Source: an uncultured Barnesiella sp. (lineage in GTDB: Bacteria; Bacteroidota; Bacteroidia; Bacteroidales; Barnesiellaceae). Taken from it: a DNA stretch of 24,000 nt. Positions 1 through 7,705 of the stretch are shown one piece after another (positions within the stretch are counted from its first letter, which is position 1; the number at the start of each line of letters is the position of its first letter). The stretch covers positions 1 through 24,000 of the forward strand of contig CALUFO010000005.1 of the NCBI GenBank assembly GCA_944320015.1. Direction: 5' to 3'. Both the position numbers and the translations under genes were made by a program. The notes under the pieces were generated by a model. That model was given only the letters and a program-made list of their open reading frames with translations. It made no database searches and was not told the origin of the DNA.

Positions 1-2
1 TG

Positions 3-76
3 CGGGGTGTAGCACAGTTGGTTAGCGCGCCACGTTCGGGACGTGGAGGTCGGACGTTCGAGTCGTCTCACCCCGA
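3..76 (+). tRNA. tRNA-Pro (anticodon CGG), no encoded CCA
   Basis: Acceptor arms CGGGGTG/CACCCCG, anticodon stem CCACG/CGTGG around loop TTCGGGA, and T-arm GGACG-TTCGAGT-CGTCT. Confidence 0.93.
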
Positions 77-187
77 CTGTTTTTAATCCAACTCACTATA
101 AATTAGTGGGTTGGATTCGATTTTTTAAAGCGGTCGGGAGAAATGCGGGAGATGCCGGGGTTGCGGGATACGCCGCGCTCCCATAGT

Positions 188-260
188 TCTCGCCCCGGTT
201 CCTCGGCCGGTCGCGCTTCCCCGATTCGATAAAGCCGGTTTTCCCAGCCGGGCAAGCCTT
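188..260 (+). repeat. Degenerate fragment of the B-type repeat
   Basis: cgccccggttcctcggccggt...ccgattcgataaagccggttttcccagccgggcaagcc resembles cgcccgggttcctccgccggt...cggcccgataaaggcggttttccctaccggacatgcttgcc at 6921-6992. Confidence 0.4.
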
Positions 261-446
261 TGTTTTGCGGGGCTGGGCGGTTGGGGTTTGTGCGGCCGCG
301 ATAGGGCTGGCTTTCAATTCGCTATCGTTTCGGGTCGCTGCGGCACGGTGGCGGTTTTGTAGAAGATGAGGGTTAAATTGGGGTGTTGCGATTTTGATTT
401 ATAAGGGAAATTCGTATCTTTATACCCACATTAATCGATAAGTATC

Positions 447-1328
447 ATGAATAAACACATCATTACAGAGATTACGCCTTTGTCCGAGAAAGACTGTCTG
501 TTTATCGTCGAGCGATACAAGACAGAGTTTACTTATCCACTGCATAACCACAAAGAGTATGAATTGAATTTTGTGGAGAATGGAGCCGGAGTCCGTCGCA
601 TTGTGGGCGATTCGGTCGAAGAGATTGGCGACTACGATTTGGTGTTGCTTTGTGGCGATAATTTGGAGCATGTGTGGGAGCAGGGGAATTGCCGGTCAAA
701 GCAGATACGGGAGATAACGATACAGTTTTCGCCCGATTTGTTTTCCAACAATTTTATTGGCAAGAAGCAGTTTACCTCTATCCGCAAAATGCTCGATCGG
801 GCGCAAAAGGGACTTGCGTTCCCGTTGCATGCCGTGATGAAGGTCTATTCGAATATCGATTCCCTGTTGAAGGGAGAACCGGGATTTTATCAGTTTGTGA
901 AGTTCCTGACGATTCTCTATGAATTGTCGATTTGCGACGATGCGCGCACCTTGTCGAGCAGTTCGTTTGCTCGCTCGAAGATGACATCGGACAGCCGGCG
1001 GGTGCAGAAAGTCGAGGAGTATATCAACGAGCACTATACCGAGGAGATACGCTTGGCACAGTTGGCCGAGCTTACCGATATGACACCTGTCTCGTTCAGC
1101 CGGTTTTTCAAGTTGCGGACGGGGAAGAGCTTGTCGGACTATATCATCGATATACGATTGGGCAACGCTACACGGCAGTTGGTCGATTCGACCAAGACAG
1201 TCGCCGAGATATGCTATGAGTGCGGATTCAACAACCTGTCGAATTTCAACCGTATATTTAAAAAGAAAAAAGGCTGCTCGCCCAAAGAGTTCAGGGAGAT
1301 TTACTTTAAGAAGAAAATTTTTGTGTGA
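447..1328 (+). CDS. AraC-family transcriptional regulator
   Basis: 293 aa ORF with an N-terminal cupin-like sensor region (YPLHNHKEYELNFVENG) and a C-terminal AraC double HTH (IRLAQLAELTDMTPVSFSRFFKLRTGKSLSDYI...IAEICYECGFNNLSNFNRIFKKKKGCSPKEFR). Confidence 0.92.
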   Translation: MNKHIITEITPLSEKDCLFIVERYKTEFTYPLHNHKEYELNFVENGAGVRRIVGDSVEEIGDYDLVLLCGDNLEHVWEQGNCRSKQIREITIQFSPDLFSNNFIGKKQFTSIRKMLDRAQKGLAFPLHAVMKVYSNIDSLLKGEPGFYQFVKFLTILYELSICDDARTLSSSSFARSKMTSDSRRVQKVEEYINEHYTEEIRLAQLAELTDMTPVSFSRFFKLRTGKSLSDYIIDIRLGNATRQLVDSTKTVAEICYECGFNNLSNFNRIFKKKKGCSPKEFREIYFKKKIFV

Positions 1329-1506
1329 CGGCGTTGCCGGCATCTTTCATCGGCATCTTTCGATTCTTTTTGCAAGAAAATGGCGCGAATCCTTGTGCGG
1401 GACAAAATTTTATAGTACTTTTGTGGGCTGATTCTGATTTGGGCTCAAAAAGAGGCGCCTCGGTTGGCCCCGCCCGGCAGAGATAAACGTAAAAACAAAA
1501 AGTAAA

Positions 1507-1842
1507 ATGTACGTTATTGTTGAGATTCAAGGACAACAATTCAAAGTAGAAAACGGAAAGAAATTGTTTGTCCACTATTTGGGAGCAGAGCATGGCGCCG
1601 TTCTCGAATTTGACAAAGTGTTGCTCGTCGACAAAGACGGAGCGGTAACCGTAGGCACTCCCACCGTAGAAGGTGCGAAGGTCGTTTGTGAGGTCGTATC
1701 GAACGATGGTTACGGAAAGAAAGGCCTCGTAAAAGGTGAAAGAATTCTTGTTTTCAAGAAGAAAAGAAGAAAAGGTTATCGTCGTTTGAACGGTCACCGT
1801 CAATATTTCACCGAAGTGTTAGTTAAAGAAATTGTTGCTTAA
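1507..1842 (+). CDS. rplU: 50S ribosomal protein L21
   Basis: [26 protein letters not shown]... [15 protein letters not shown] is typical L21; it is followed by L27. Confidence 0.97.
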   Translation: MYVIVEIQGQQFKVENGKKLFVHYLGAEHGAVLEFDKVLLVDKDGAVTVGTPTVEGAKVVCEVVSNDGYGKKGLVKGERILVFKKKRRKGYRRLNGHRQYFTEVLVKEIVA

Positions 1843-1863
1843 CCCTATTAAACTTCTAAGAAA

Positions 1864-2127
1864 ATGGCACATAAGAAAGGTGTTGGTAGTTCTAAGAACG
1901 GTCGTGAATCGGAAAGCAAACGATTGGGTATTAAAATTTTCGGTGGTCAATATGCCAAAGCCGGAAATATCTTGGTACGTCAGAGAGGTACTGTTCATCA
2001 CCCGGGTGAAAACGTGGGTATGGGCAAAGACCACACATTGTTTGCATTGGTAAACGGTACGGTTGTGTTCCGCAAACGCAAGGAAAACCGTTCGTATGTA
2101 TCGGTAGAACCGGCAGACAATAACTGA
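1864..2127 (+). CDS. rpmA: 50S ribosomal protein L27
   Basis: [29 protein letters not shown]...[29 protein letters not shown] is typical L27. Confidence 0.97.
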   Translation: MAHKKGVGSSKNGRESESKRLGIKIFGGQYAKAGNILVRQRGTVHHPGENVGMGKDHTLFALVNGTVVFRKRKENRSYVSVEPADNN

Positions 2128-2152
2128 TAAAAGTTATAACCATTTATAGAAA

Positions 2153-2186
2153 GCGTGGCAGCTCGCAAGAGCGGTCACGTTTTTTA
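2153..2186 (+). terminator. Rho-independent terminator after rpmA
   Basis: CGTGGCAGCTC-GCAA-GAGCGGTCACG stem (one mismatch, one wobble) followed by TTTTTT. Confidence 0.75.
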
Positions 2187-2330
2187 TTTTCCGCCCCGCT
2201 CCCCTGCCACCCGGTGCCCCTTCGCCCGGTTTTCCCGGCATAGAGGAATACATTTGCAATCGGGGAAGGAGTTTAAATATATCTCCTGCCGATTACAGTA
2301 AGCACAGCGGGAGAGTTTAGACTATTCACA

Positions 2331-2398
2331 CTTCTCCTCTGTGTGGCGAAGCCATATAGGGGAGAAACCGAGGGACGGTAGTCCCGAGGAGAGGGGTT
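2331..2398 (+). repeat. Palindromic element E, tip TGGC-GAA-GCCA
   Basis: cttctcctctgtg-TGGC... catataggggagaaaccgaGGGAC-ggta-GTCCCgaggagaggggtt; second hairpin GGGAC/GTCCC. Confidence 0.8.
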
Positions 2399-2493
2399 GA
2401 AAAAATGACGGAGGGGGTTAAATATTTTCATACACAGTATTTAATATTGTGGTAGAGTGGCGCTTCACCAGTGCCGGAAGAGTTGAAGGATAC

Positions 2494-2533
2494 AAAAAAG
2501 AGGCCTACCCAAAAATCGGGAAGGCCTCTTTTA
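2494..2533 (-). terminator. Terminator of the ferredoxin gene (A/T runs on both sides)
   Basis: AAAAAAGAGGCCT...AGGCCTCTTTTT inverted repeat immediately 3' of the - strand ferredoxin ORF. Confidence 0.8.
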
Positions 2534-2555
2534 ATTTAATCGTTACTTGTATTAC

Positions 2556-2723
2556 TTATTCTTCGTGGATAGCGTCGTTAGGACAAACCTCGGCACAAGT
2601 ACCACAGCTCAAGCATTTGTCAGGGTCGATTTTGTAGATATCGCCTTCCGAGATAGCCTCTACCGGGCATTCGCTAATGCAAGAACCGCAAGCAACACAA
2701 TTGTCATTAATAACGTAAGCCAT
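2556..2723 (-). CDS. 2[4Fe-4S] ferredoxin, 55 aa (absent from the supplied ORF track)
   Basis: Manual - strand translation: MAYVINDNCVACGSCIGECPVEAISEGDIYKIDPDKCLSCGTCAEVCPNDAIHEE*; two CxxCxxCxxxCP motifs. Confidence 0.95.
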   Translation of the reverse strand: MAYVINDNCVACGSCISECPVEAISEGDIYKIDPDKCLSCGTCAEVCPNDAIHEE

Positions 2724-2855
2724 TGTTTTTTAGTTTTTAGTTGTAAATAATTAGATCTAATTGCAGCACAAATGTACGATTTTTATTGCTATCGCAAAAA
2801 AAATGAGGGGGAATTTGTGAACCGATTGTGCTTTTAAGTCACCTTCACGCTAAAA

Positions 2856-3048
2856 ACTATCTACACTCCTCCTCTCTACCCGGTGCCAGTAGCATAGCGG
2901 AAAGGCGTTGAAGCACACAGATAAATGTGCATTTACTTGAAAATATAGAGGTGATTTTAAACTCCTCCTCTGTGTTTTGCGGAGCAAAATATAGGGGAGG
3001 TGGCACGCAGTGACGGAGGGGTTAGAGAAAAAATTGGAAAATAAAAAG
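2856..3048 (+). repeat. Diverged upstream copy of the 213-bp repeat unit, containing a palindromic element E at about 2956-3024
   Basis: ctatctacactcctcctctctacccggtgccagtagcatagcggaaaggcgttgaagcacacag...ggaggggttagagaaaaaattggaaaataaa matches the array at 3553-4191 with few substitutions. Confidence 0.85.
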
Positions 3049-3080
3049 GAAGTCTTATCGATATTTCAATTTTAGCAAAT

Positions 3081-3088
3081 TATATTTG
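3081..3088 (+). promoter_or_regulatory. Possible Bacteroidetes -7 box (TAnnTTTG) for the DUF559 gene
   Basis: TATATTTG 20 nt upstream of the GTG start; no convincing -33 TTTG was identified. Confidence 0.35.
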
Positions 3089-3108
3089 TAATTCATTTAT
3101 AATGAGAT

Positions 3109-3507
3109 GTGAGCCGGAATTATAACAAAAAAGAAAAAGAGAAGCAACGAAAAGAACTTCGCTCCTATGGGACAAAATATGAAGCGACCATGTGGCTCCT
3201 TCTGAAAAATAGAAACATCGAAGGTGTAAGATTCCGCCGCCAATTTTCGGTGGGAGAATATATATTGGACTTTTACAGCCCCGAATTAAAATTGGCAATA
3301 GAATTGGACGGGAATGACCACTATTCCATTGAAGGCAGCTACAAAGACAGGGTTCGGGATAAGTGGCTTTCTACCCATGGTATAGAAGTATTGAGAATTG
3401 AAAACTGTGCGATTTTCGAAAACCAGCAAGCTGTAATAGAGCTGTTGAAAGAGACTGTTCAACGATTAAAATCTTCGGCTCAAAATTATAGAAAAGAAAT
3501 ATTATAA
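3109..3507 (+). CDS. DUF559 (Vsr/PD-(D/E)XK-like) endonuclease domain protein
   Basis: 132 aa, GTG start: KYEATMWLLLKNRNIEGVRFRRQFSVGEYILDFYSPELKLAIELDGNDHY...RDKWLSTHGIEVLRIEN is the characteristic DUF559 pattern. Confidence 0.88.
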   Translation: MSRNYNKKEKEKQRKELRSYGTKYEATMWLLLKNRNIEGVRFRRQFSVGEYILDFYSPELKLAIELDGNDHYSIEGSYKDRVRDKWLSTHGIEVLRIENCAIFENQQAVIELLKETVQRLKSSAQNYRKEIL

Positions 3508-3508
3508 G

Positions 3509-3577
3509 GCTTTAACCCCCTCGCCTACGGCACTCCCCCTATATTCCCTTACGGGAACACAGAGGGAGAGTTTAAAC
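3509..3577 (-). repeat. Palindromic element E, tip TTCCC-GTAA-GGGAA, immediately 3' of the DUF559 gene
   Basis: Reverse complement reads aaactctccctctgtgTTCCCGTAAGGGAAtatagg...GCC-GTA-GGCgagggggttaaag; it overlaps the start of the tandem array. Confidence 0.8.
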
Positions 3578-4191
3578 TATCTACACTCCTCCTCTCTACC
3601 CGATGCCAGTAGCATAGCGGAGAGGCGTTGAAGTACACAGATAAATGTGCATTTACTTGAAAATATAGAGGTGATTTTAAACTCCTCCTCTGTGTTTTGC
3701 GGAGCAAAATATAGGGGAGGTGGCACGCAGTGACGGAGGGGTTAGAGAAAAAATTGAAAAATAAAGGGAACACAGAGGGAGAGTTTAAACTATCTACACT
3801 CCTCCTCTCTACCCGATGCCAGTAGCATAGCGGAGAGGCGTTGAAGTACACAGATAAATGTGCATTTACTTGAAAATATAGAGGTGATTTTAAACTCCTC
3901 CTCTGTGTTTTGCGGAGCAAAATATAGGGGAGGTGGCACGCAGTGACGGAGGGGTTAGAGAAAAAATTGAAAAATAAAGGGAACACAGAGGGAGAGTTTA
4001 AACTATCTACACTCCTCCTCTCTACCCGATGCCAGTAGCATAGCGGAGAGGCGTTGAAGTACACAGATAAATGTGCATTTACTTGAAAATATAGAGGTGA
4101 TTTTAAACTCCTCCTCTGTGTTTTGCGGAGCAAAATATAGGGGAGGTGGCACGCAGTGACGGAGGGGTTAGAGAAAAAATTGGAAAATAAA
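3553..4191 (+). repeat. Tandem array of three 213-bp units, each carrying a full palindromic element E
   Basis: gggaacacagagggagagtttaaactatctacactcc starts at 3553, 3766 and 3979. The antisense ORF 3549-4133 shows three identical in-frame 71-aa periods (213 nt). Confidence 0.95.
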
Positions 4192-4210
4192 AAAGTTTAA
4201 AGCATCTACA

Positions 4211-4263
4211 CTTCTCCTCTGTGTGGCGACAGCCATATAGGAGAGAAACAGAGGGAGAATTTA
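4211..4263 (+). repeat. Palindromic element E, tip TGGC-GACA-GCCA, truncated 3' side
   Basis: cttctcctctgtgtggcgacagccatataggagagaaacagagggagaattta. Confidence 0.7.
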
Positions 4264-4338
4264 AATGTACCTCCTTGCCGGTTACAAATCGGAGAAGGTT
4301 GACCCATTTAAACTATCACACGCAGGGAGGGTATTGAA

Positions 4339-4382
4339 AAAAAACAGAGGCCGCGCCCCAAAGGGGACACTGCCTCTGTACT
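4339..4382 (-). terminator. Terminator of the T9SS cargo gene
   Basis: ACAGAGGC...CCCCAAAGGGG...GCCTCTGT hairpin with an A-run on + (T-run on -). Confidence 0.75.
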
Positions 4383-4404
4383 ATGATAAAAGGTAGGAGG
4401 TTGC

Positions 4405-6555
4405 TTAGAATACAACTACTTTTTGGTTGCCGATGACGTAGATGCCGGCGGGCAGGGTTACGATGTTGGAACCCTCGGTGAGTTCGATTTGGCGAACTTG
4501 CGCACCGGTGAGGGCATATACGGCAACGGTAGCGGCTTCGGAGGCTTCGATTGTTACCTGTCCTTTACCGCCGATAATCTTCATACCGGCAACTTCTACG
4601 CTTGCTATACCCGTGGCGGAGCCTTCTTTGATCATAAGGTCGGTAATTTCCCAAGTAGACGCTCCGGCGGTGGTACTTGTATATTTGAAAGCAAAACGGA
4701 TAGGAGCGGTGAGATCTTTCAATTCGATGTCGCCCGATTCGGCCCATTCGAAATAACCCTCAGACCAAGCTGCACGATCGGTAATATTCACCCACTCGGC
4801 GTCGCCGGGTTGCATGGTATTGGGATCATAGTCGCTCGAATAAAGCAGTTCCAATGCATTCCCTTCATAGCTGTAAGCTGAACTGAAATTCAAGATGATG
4901 TTATTGGCGGTTACAGCCGGTGAGATGAGGTAGGCTTCACTGTCGGTATTTTTACCATTGATATACCCGCTTACTTTGGCGCCATATTGAGAATCGGACT
5001 CCCATTGAGCCTCTCCTACGGTGGTGATAGAGAGCCAATCGCCGAGTCCCGATTTGAAGTCGATCGAGTGGGGCAATGAGGCCGACAAAGCCCTTACTGT
5101 CAAGGTATATTGGGCAACGCCTTCGCGATAGGTGTCATCGGCTTCGGTCGTAGCTTTGATAATGGTGGTTCCTGGGCCTACTATGGTCACGAGGCCTTCG
5201 GCGCTAATCGTAGCCACTTCTTGGTCGCTGCTGCTATAAGTAATCGGTTTTTCGGGGGTAGCCGTGGCGGCGCTGTTGTAGGTGAGGCCTTCGGCAAAGA
5301 AGAGGTCTTTGTTGCCGCTCACTTCGTTGAATGTTACTTTTACGTCTTGTTTTCCGTCGTTTTCTTCCAATTTGTAGAGAGTGAGATCTTGTTGCTTGCT
5401 TGATGCCTTATAGCAAGCAAACCATTTAGAGCCGCTGTTGTATTGTAAGAAGCGGTCGGTATATTGTACATTCGTAGCTCGGAATTTATCGTTTTCTATT
5501 GAAAAATTCCATTCACATACTTTGTCTTCAAAATCAGAAAGAGAAGCATCATTACTATTTTCACCGGCAACATAAGTTCCATTATTACTAATGCTTACAC
5601 CGTTCGTTGTTGTAATAATATCCCAAACAATAGAGGCATCGGGGTTAAAAATCGCATCATCATCTGAAACATTGATTGTCGTGGCTGCAATTCTACTACC
5701 ATTGGCTTGGTTTACCATAGCCATGGTATTCTTGTAGGCGATTACATACTTACCATCGGTCAATTCGTCGATAGAAGAGATTTTTGTAAAGATTTTAGCT
5801 GTTGCCGGGTCAATCACGGTCAAGGTATATTCTACGGAAGCGGCATCAAAAGTCTCGGTCTCGGCTACTTCGGCTTTGATCACCGTCGTACCACCGGCAA
5901 CCAGTGTAACAAGCCCCTTTTGATTGATCGTAGCTACCTCGGTGTCGCTACTGCTGTATGTAATAGTGGCATCGGAGACCGTAGTGGCGGCGCTGCTGTA
6001 GCTGCCCTCGGTGAGTTGTTTGGTCACATCGCCCGTGATGTCGGTAAAGGCAAGCTCGGGATTTTGCAACGAGGAACTGGCAATGGGCTTGATATCGATT
6101 TGCGTGATATAGGTGGCTGCGCTACCTGCTTCGATAGTAATACTTGCACTTGGAGATGTTACCGAAAGAGTGAGCGGAGATGCTCCTTGCACCGTATTAT
6201 CGGTGCCGGTTTCTGTAATGGAAGCATCATTTTTAGTACAGTCAAAAGTAATCGTTACATCAAAGCCATTTGAGGTTTCAAAGGTCGGGGAGAGTAATAC
6301 TCCTTTATCACCTTTGAGCTGTATCCGGGCCTTAGTATTTTCGCGCATTACAGATTGAACGAAAGTCCAAGTATAATCTACACCATCGCTACCGACGAAT
6401 ATTTGCTCCCCTTTCGATGCGTCATAGCTGGAGCCTGTTACTTTTGACCAATCGTTAAATGTGACATCTTGTGTAAGAGAAACCGCCCAAGCGGAAGTTC
6501 CACAAAGCAAAGCCACCAATAGGATAGCTGTGCGTAAAAAGTAATTTTTCTTCAT
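4405..6555 (-). CDS. Secreted protein with tandem bacterial Ig-like repeats, choice-of-anchor-like region and C-terminal T9SS sorting domain
   Basis: Signal peptide MKKNYFLRTAILLVALLCGTSAWA; repeats YSSSDTEVATINQKGLVTLVAGGTTVIKA and YSSSDQEVATISAEGLVTIVGPGTTIIKA; C-terminus VAVYALTGAQVRQIELTEGSNIVTLPAGIYVIGNQKVVVF. Confidence 0.85.
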   Translation of the reverse strand: MKKNYFLRTAILLVALLCGTSAWAVSLTQDVTFNDWSKVTGSSYDASKGEQIFVGSDGVDYTWTFVQSVMRENTKARIQLKGDKGVLLSPTFETSNGFDVTITFDCTKNDASITETGTDNTVQGASPLTLSVTSPSASITIEAGSAATYITQIDIKPIASSSLQNPELAFTDITGDVTKQLTEGSYSSAATTVSDATITYSSSDTEVATINQKGLVTLVAGGTTVIKAEVAETETFDAASVEYTLTVIDPATAKIFTKISSIDELTDGKYVIAYKNTMAMVNQANGSRIAATTINVSDDDAIFNPDASIVWDIITTTNGVSISNNGTYVAGENSNDASLSDFEDKVCEWNFSIENDKFRATNVQYTDRFLQYNSGSKWFACYKASSKQQDLTLYKLEENDGKQDVKVTFNEVSGNKDLFFAEGLTYNSAATATPEKPITYSSSDQEVATISAEGLVTIVGPGTTIIKATTEADDTYREGVAQYTLTVRALSASLPHSIDFKSGLGDWLSITTVGEAQWESDSQYGAKVSGYINGKNTDSEAYLISPAVTANNIILNFSSAYSYEGNALELLYSSDYDPNTMQPGDAEWVNITDRAAWSEGYFEWAESGDIELKDLTAPIRFAFKYTSTTAGASTWEITDLMIKEGSATGIASVEVAGMKIIGGKGQVTIEASEAATVAVYALTGAQVRQIELTEGSNIVTLPAGIYVIGNQKVVVF

Positions 6556-6724
6556 AGATATATTGTTTTAGAGTTTATAGTACCTGTTTTTGGTTTATTC
6601 AATCCCTTTCATATAGTCTAACAAAAATATAAAATAGGAATGGAAAGAAAAAGTTTTTTTGTGAGAAAGTTGCGATATTTCACAGAAATGTCATAAGGGT
6701 AGGTTCTTCCGGGGAATTTTCTTT

Positions 6725-6788
6725 ACCCCCTCTCCTCGGGACTACCGTTCCTCGGTGTCTCCCCTATATCACTTCGTGACACAGAGGA
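6725..6788 (-). repeat. Palindromic element E, tip TCAC-GAA-GTGA, fused to B repeat copy 1
   Basis: Reverse complement cctctgtgtcacgaagtgatataggggagacaccgaggaacggtagtcccgaggagagggggta. Confidence 0.8.
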
Positions 6789-6992
6789 TTTCTATTTGTT
6801 CATTCTTCTCAACAGCGAGAAGAACGAACCAAGAAGCGCCGCCGCTGTTATCGGGCTTATTCGCTCGGTCGCTGCTGCCTCCGTCGGGGGTTGCGGAACT
6901 CGCTTCGCTCAGACAGTCCTCGCCCGGGTTCCTCCGCCGGTAGGCGCCCTCCCGGCCCGATAAAGGCGGTTTCCCTACCGGACATGCTTGCC
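6788..6992 (+). repeat. B-type structured repeat, copy 1 (about 200 bp)
   Basis: Near-identical to the reverse complement of 19647-19849. Internal inverted repeats TTCTTCTC/GAGAAGAA, TTATCGGGC (6848-6856)/GCCCGATAA (6955-6963), CCGGTAGG (6937-6944)/CCTACCGG (6975-6982). Confidence 0.85.
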
Positions 6993-7041
6993 ATTATTTT
7001 TTACCTTTTTCTCTTTGATTTTAAGTGACAAAAGGGATACA

Positions 7042-7113
7042 TTTAAACTCCTCCTCTGTGTTCCCGTAAGGGAATATAGGGGAGGTGGCACGCAGTGACG
7101 GAGGGGTTTAAAT
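7042..7113 (+). repeat. Palindromic element E, tip TTCCC-GTAA-GGGAA
   Basis: tttaaactcctcctctgtgTTCCCGTAAGGGAAtataggggaggtggcacgcagtgacggaggggtttaaa; TTTAAA at both ends. Confidence 0.9.
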
Positions 7114-7225
7114 GTTTTATGACGGAGGTGGTGCAGCCCTCGGGGGTTAAATCCCGTGAGGGGGTTGTAAATTCTATTTGAGCCTCGCAAGAGACGGAGG
7201 GGAAGTGCCCGTTAGGGGGCGAGAG

Positions 7226-7705
7226 TTACGGTTGCTCTATAAGAACCACGGCGTAGGCGGCCATGCCCTCTTCGCGGCCGGTGAACCCCAATTGCTCGGT
7301 GGTAGTGGCTTTGATAGATATGTCGTCGGGGTCGATGCCCATGCACTCGGCGAGGCAGTGTTGCATGGCAGGGATATGAGGATTGAGTTTAGGACGCTCG
7401 GCACATAGGGTAATGTCGGTGTTGCCTATCGCATAGCCTTTCTCTCTGATGAGTTCCACGGTTTTGCGCAGGAGTATTTTGCTGTCGATGCCTTTGTATT
7501 CGCCGTCCGTGTCGGGGAAGTGGAACCCGATGTCGCGCATATTGGCGGCTCCGAGCAGGGCGTCGCACAAGGCGTGGATAAGCACATCGGCGTCGGAGTG
7601 GCCCAGCAATCCCCGGGAGTGGTCGATGCGTATTCCTCCGAGCCACAGTTCCCGGCCTTCGACCAGCCGGTGAACGTCAAATCCAAATCCCACACGAGTT
7701 TTCAT
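7226..7705 (-). CDS. ispF: 2-C-methyl-D-erythritol 2,4-cyclodiphosphate synthase
   Basis: MKTRVGFGFDVHRLVEGRELWLGGIRI...GLLGHSDADVLIHALCDALLGAANMRDIGFHFPDTD is the IspF signature. Confidence 0.97.
   Translation of the reverse strand: MKTRVGFGFDVHRLVEGRELWLGGIRIDHSRGLLGHSDADVLIHALCDALLGAANMRDIGFHFPDTDGEYKGIDSKILLRKTVELIREKGYAIGNTDITLCAERPKLNPHIPAMQHCLAECMGIDPDDISIKATTTEQLGFTGREEGMAAYAVVLIEQP

Noticed and set aside
696-1343. 215-aa - strand ORF opposite the AraC-family gene
   Set aside because: Antisense shadow of a clear AraC-family coding sequence.
2331-2398. Element E copies as simple rho-independent terminators
   Set aside because: Most lack a T-run after the stem, occur in clusters of several with both orientations, and several sit next to genes that already have their own terminator (2494-2533, 4339-4382). 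Incidental attenuation is not excluded.
3549-4133. 194-aa - strand ORF with three perfect internal 71-aa repeats
   Set aside because: It is the antisense translation of the 213-bp tandem hairpin array. The period is divisible by three so the frame stays open. Composition follows the repeat DNA, with no domain.
3553-4191. Possible CRISPR array
   Set aside because: Units are contiguous and identical with no unique spacers, far longer than CRISPR repeats, and no cas genes are present.
5707-6273. 188-aa + strand ORF opposite the T9SS cargo gene
   Set aside because: Antisense to a well-supported coding sequence, with no recognisable domain. The other + strand ORFs opposite porU, porV, ispF, the second C25 peptidase and radC were rejected on the same grounds.
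6755-6943. 62-aa + strand ORF (FFSTARRTNQEAPPLLSGLFARSLL...), and its mirror 19586-19870
   Set aside because: Both are translations of the structured B repeat plus element E. The same peptide appearing at two intergenic repeat copies reflects DNA duplication, not a gene.
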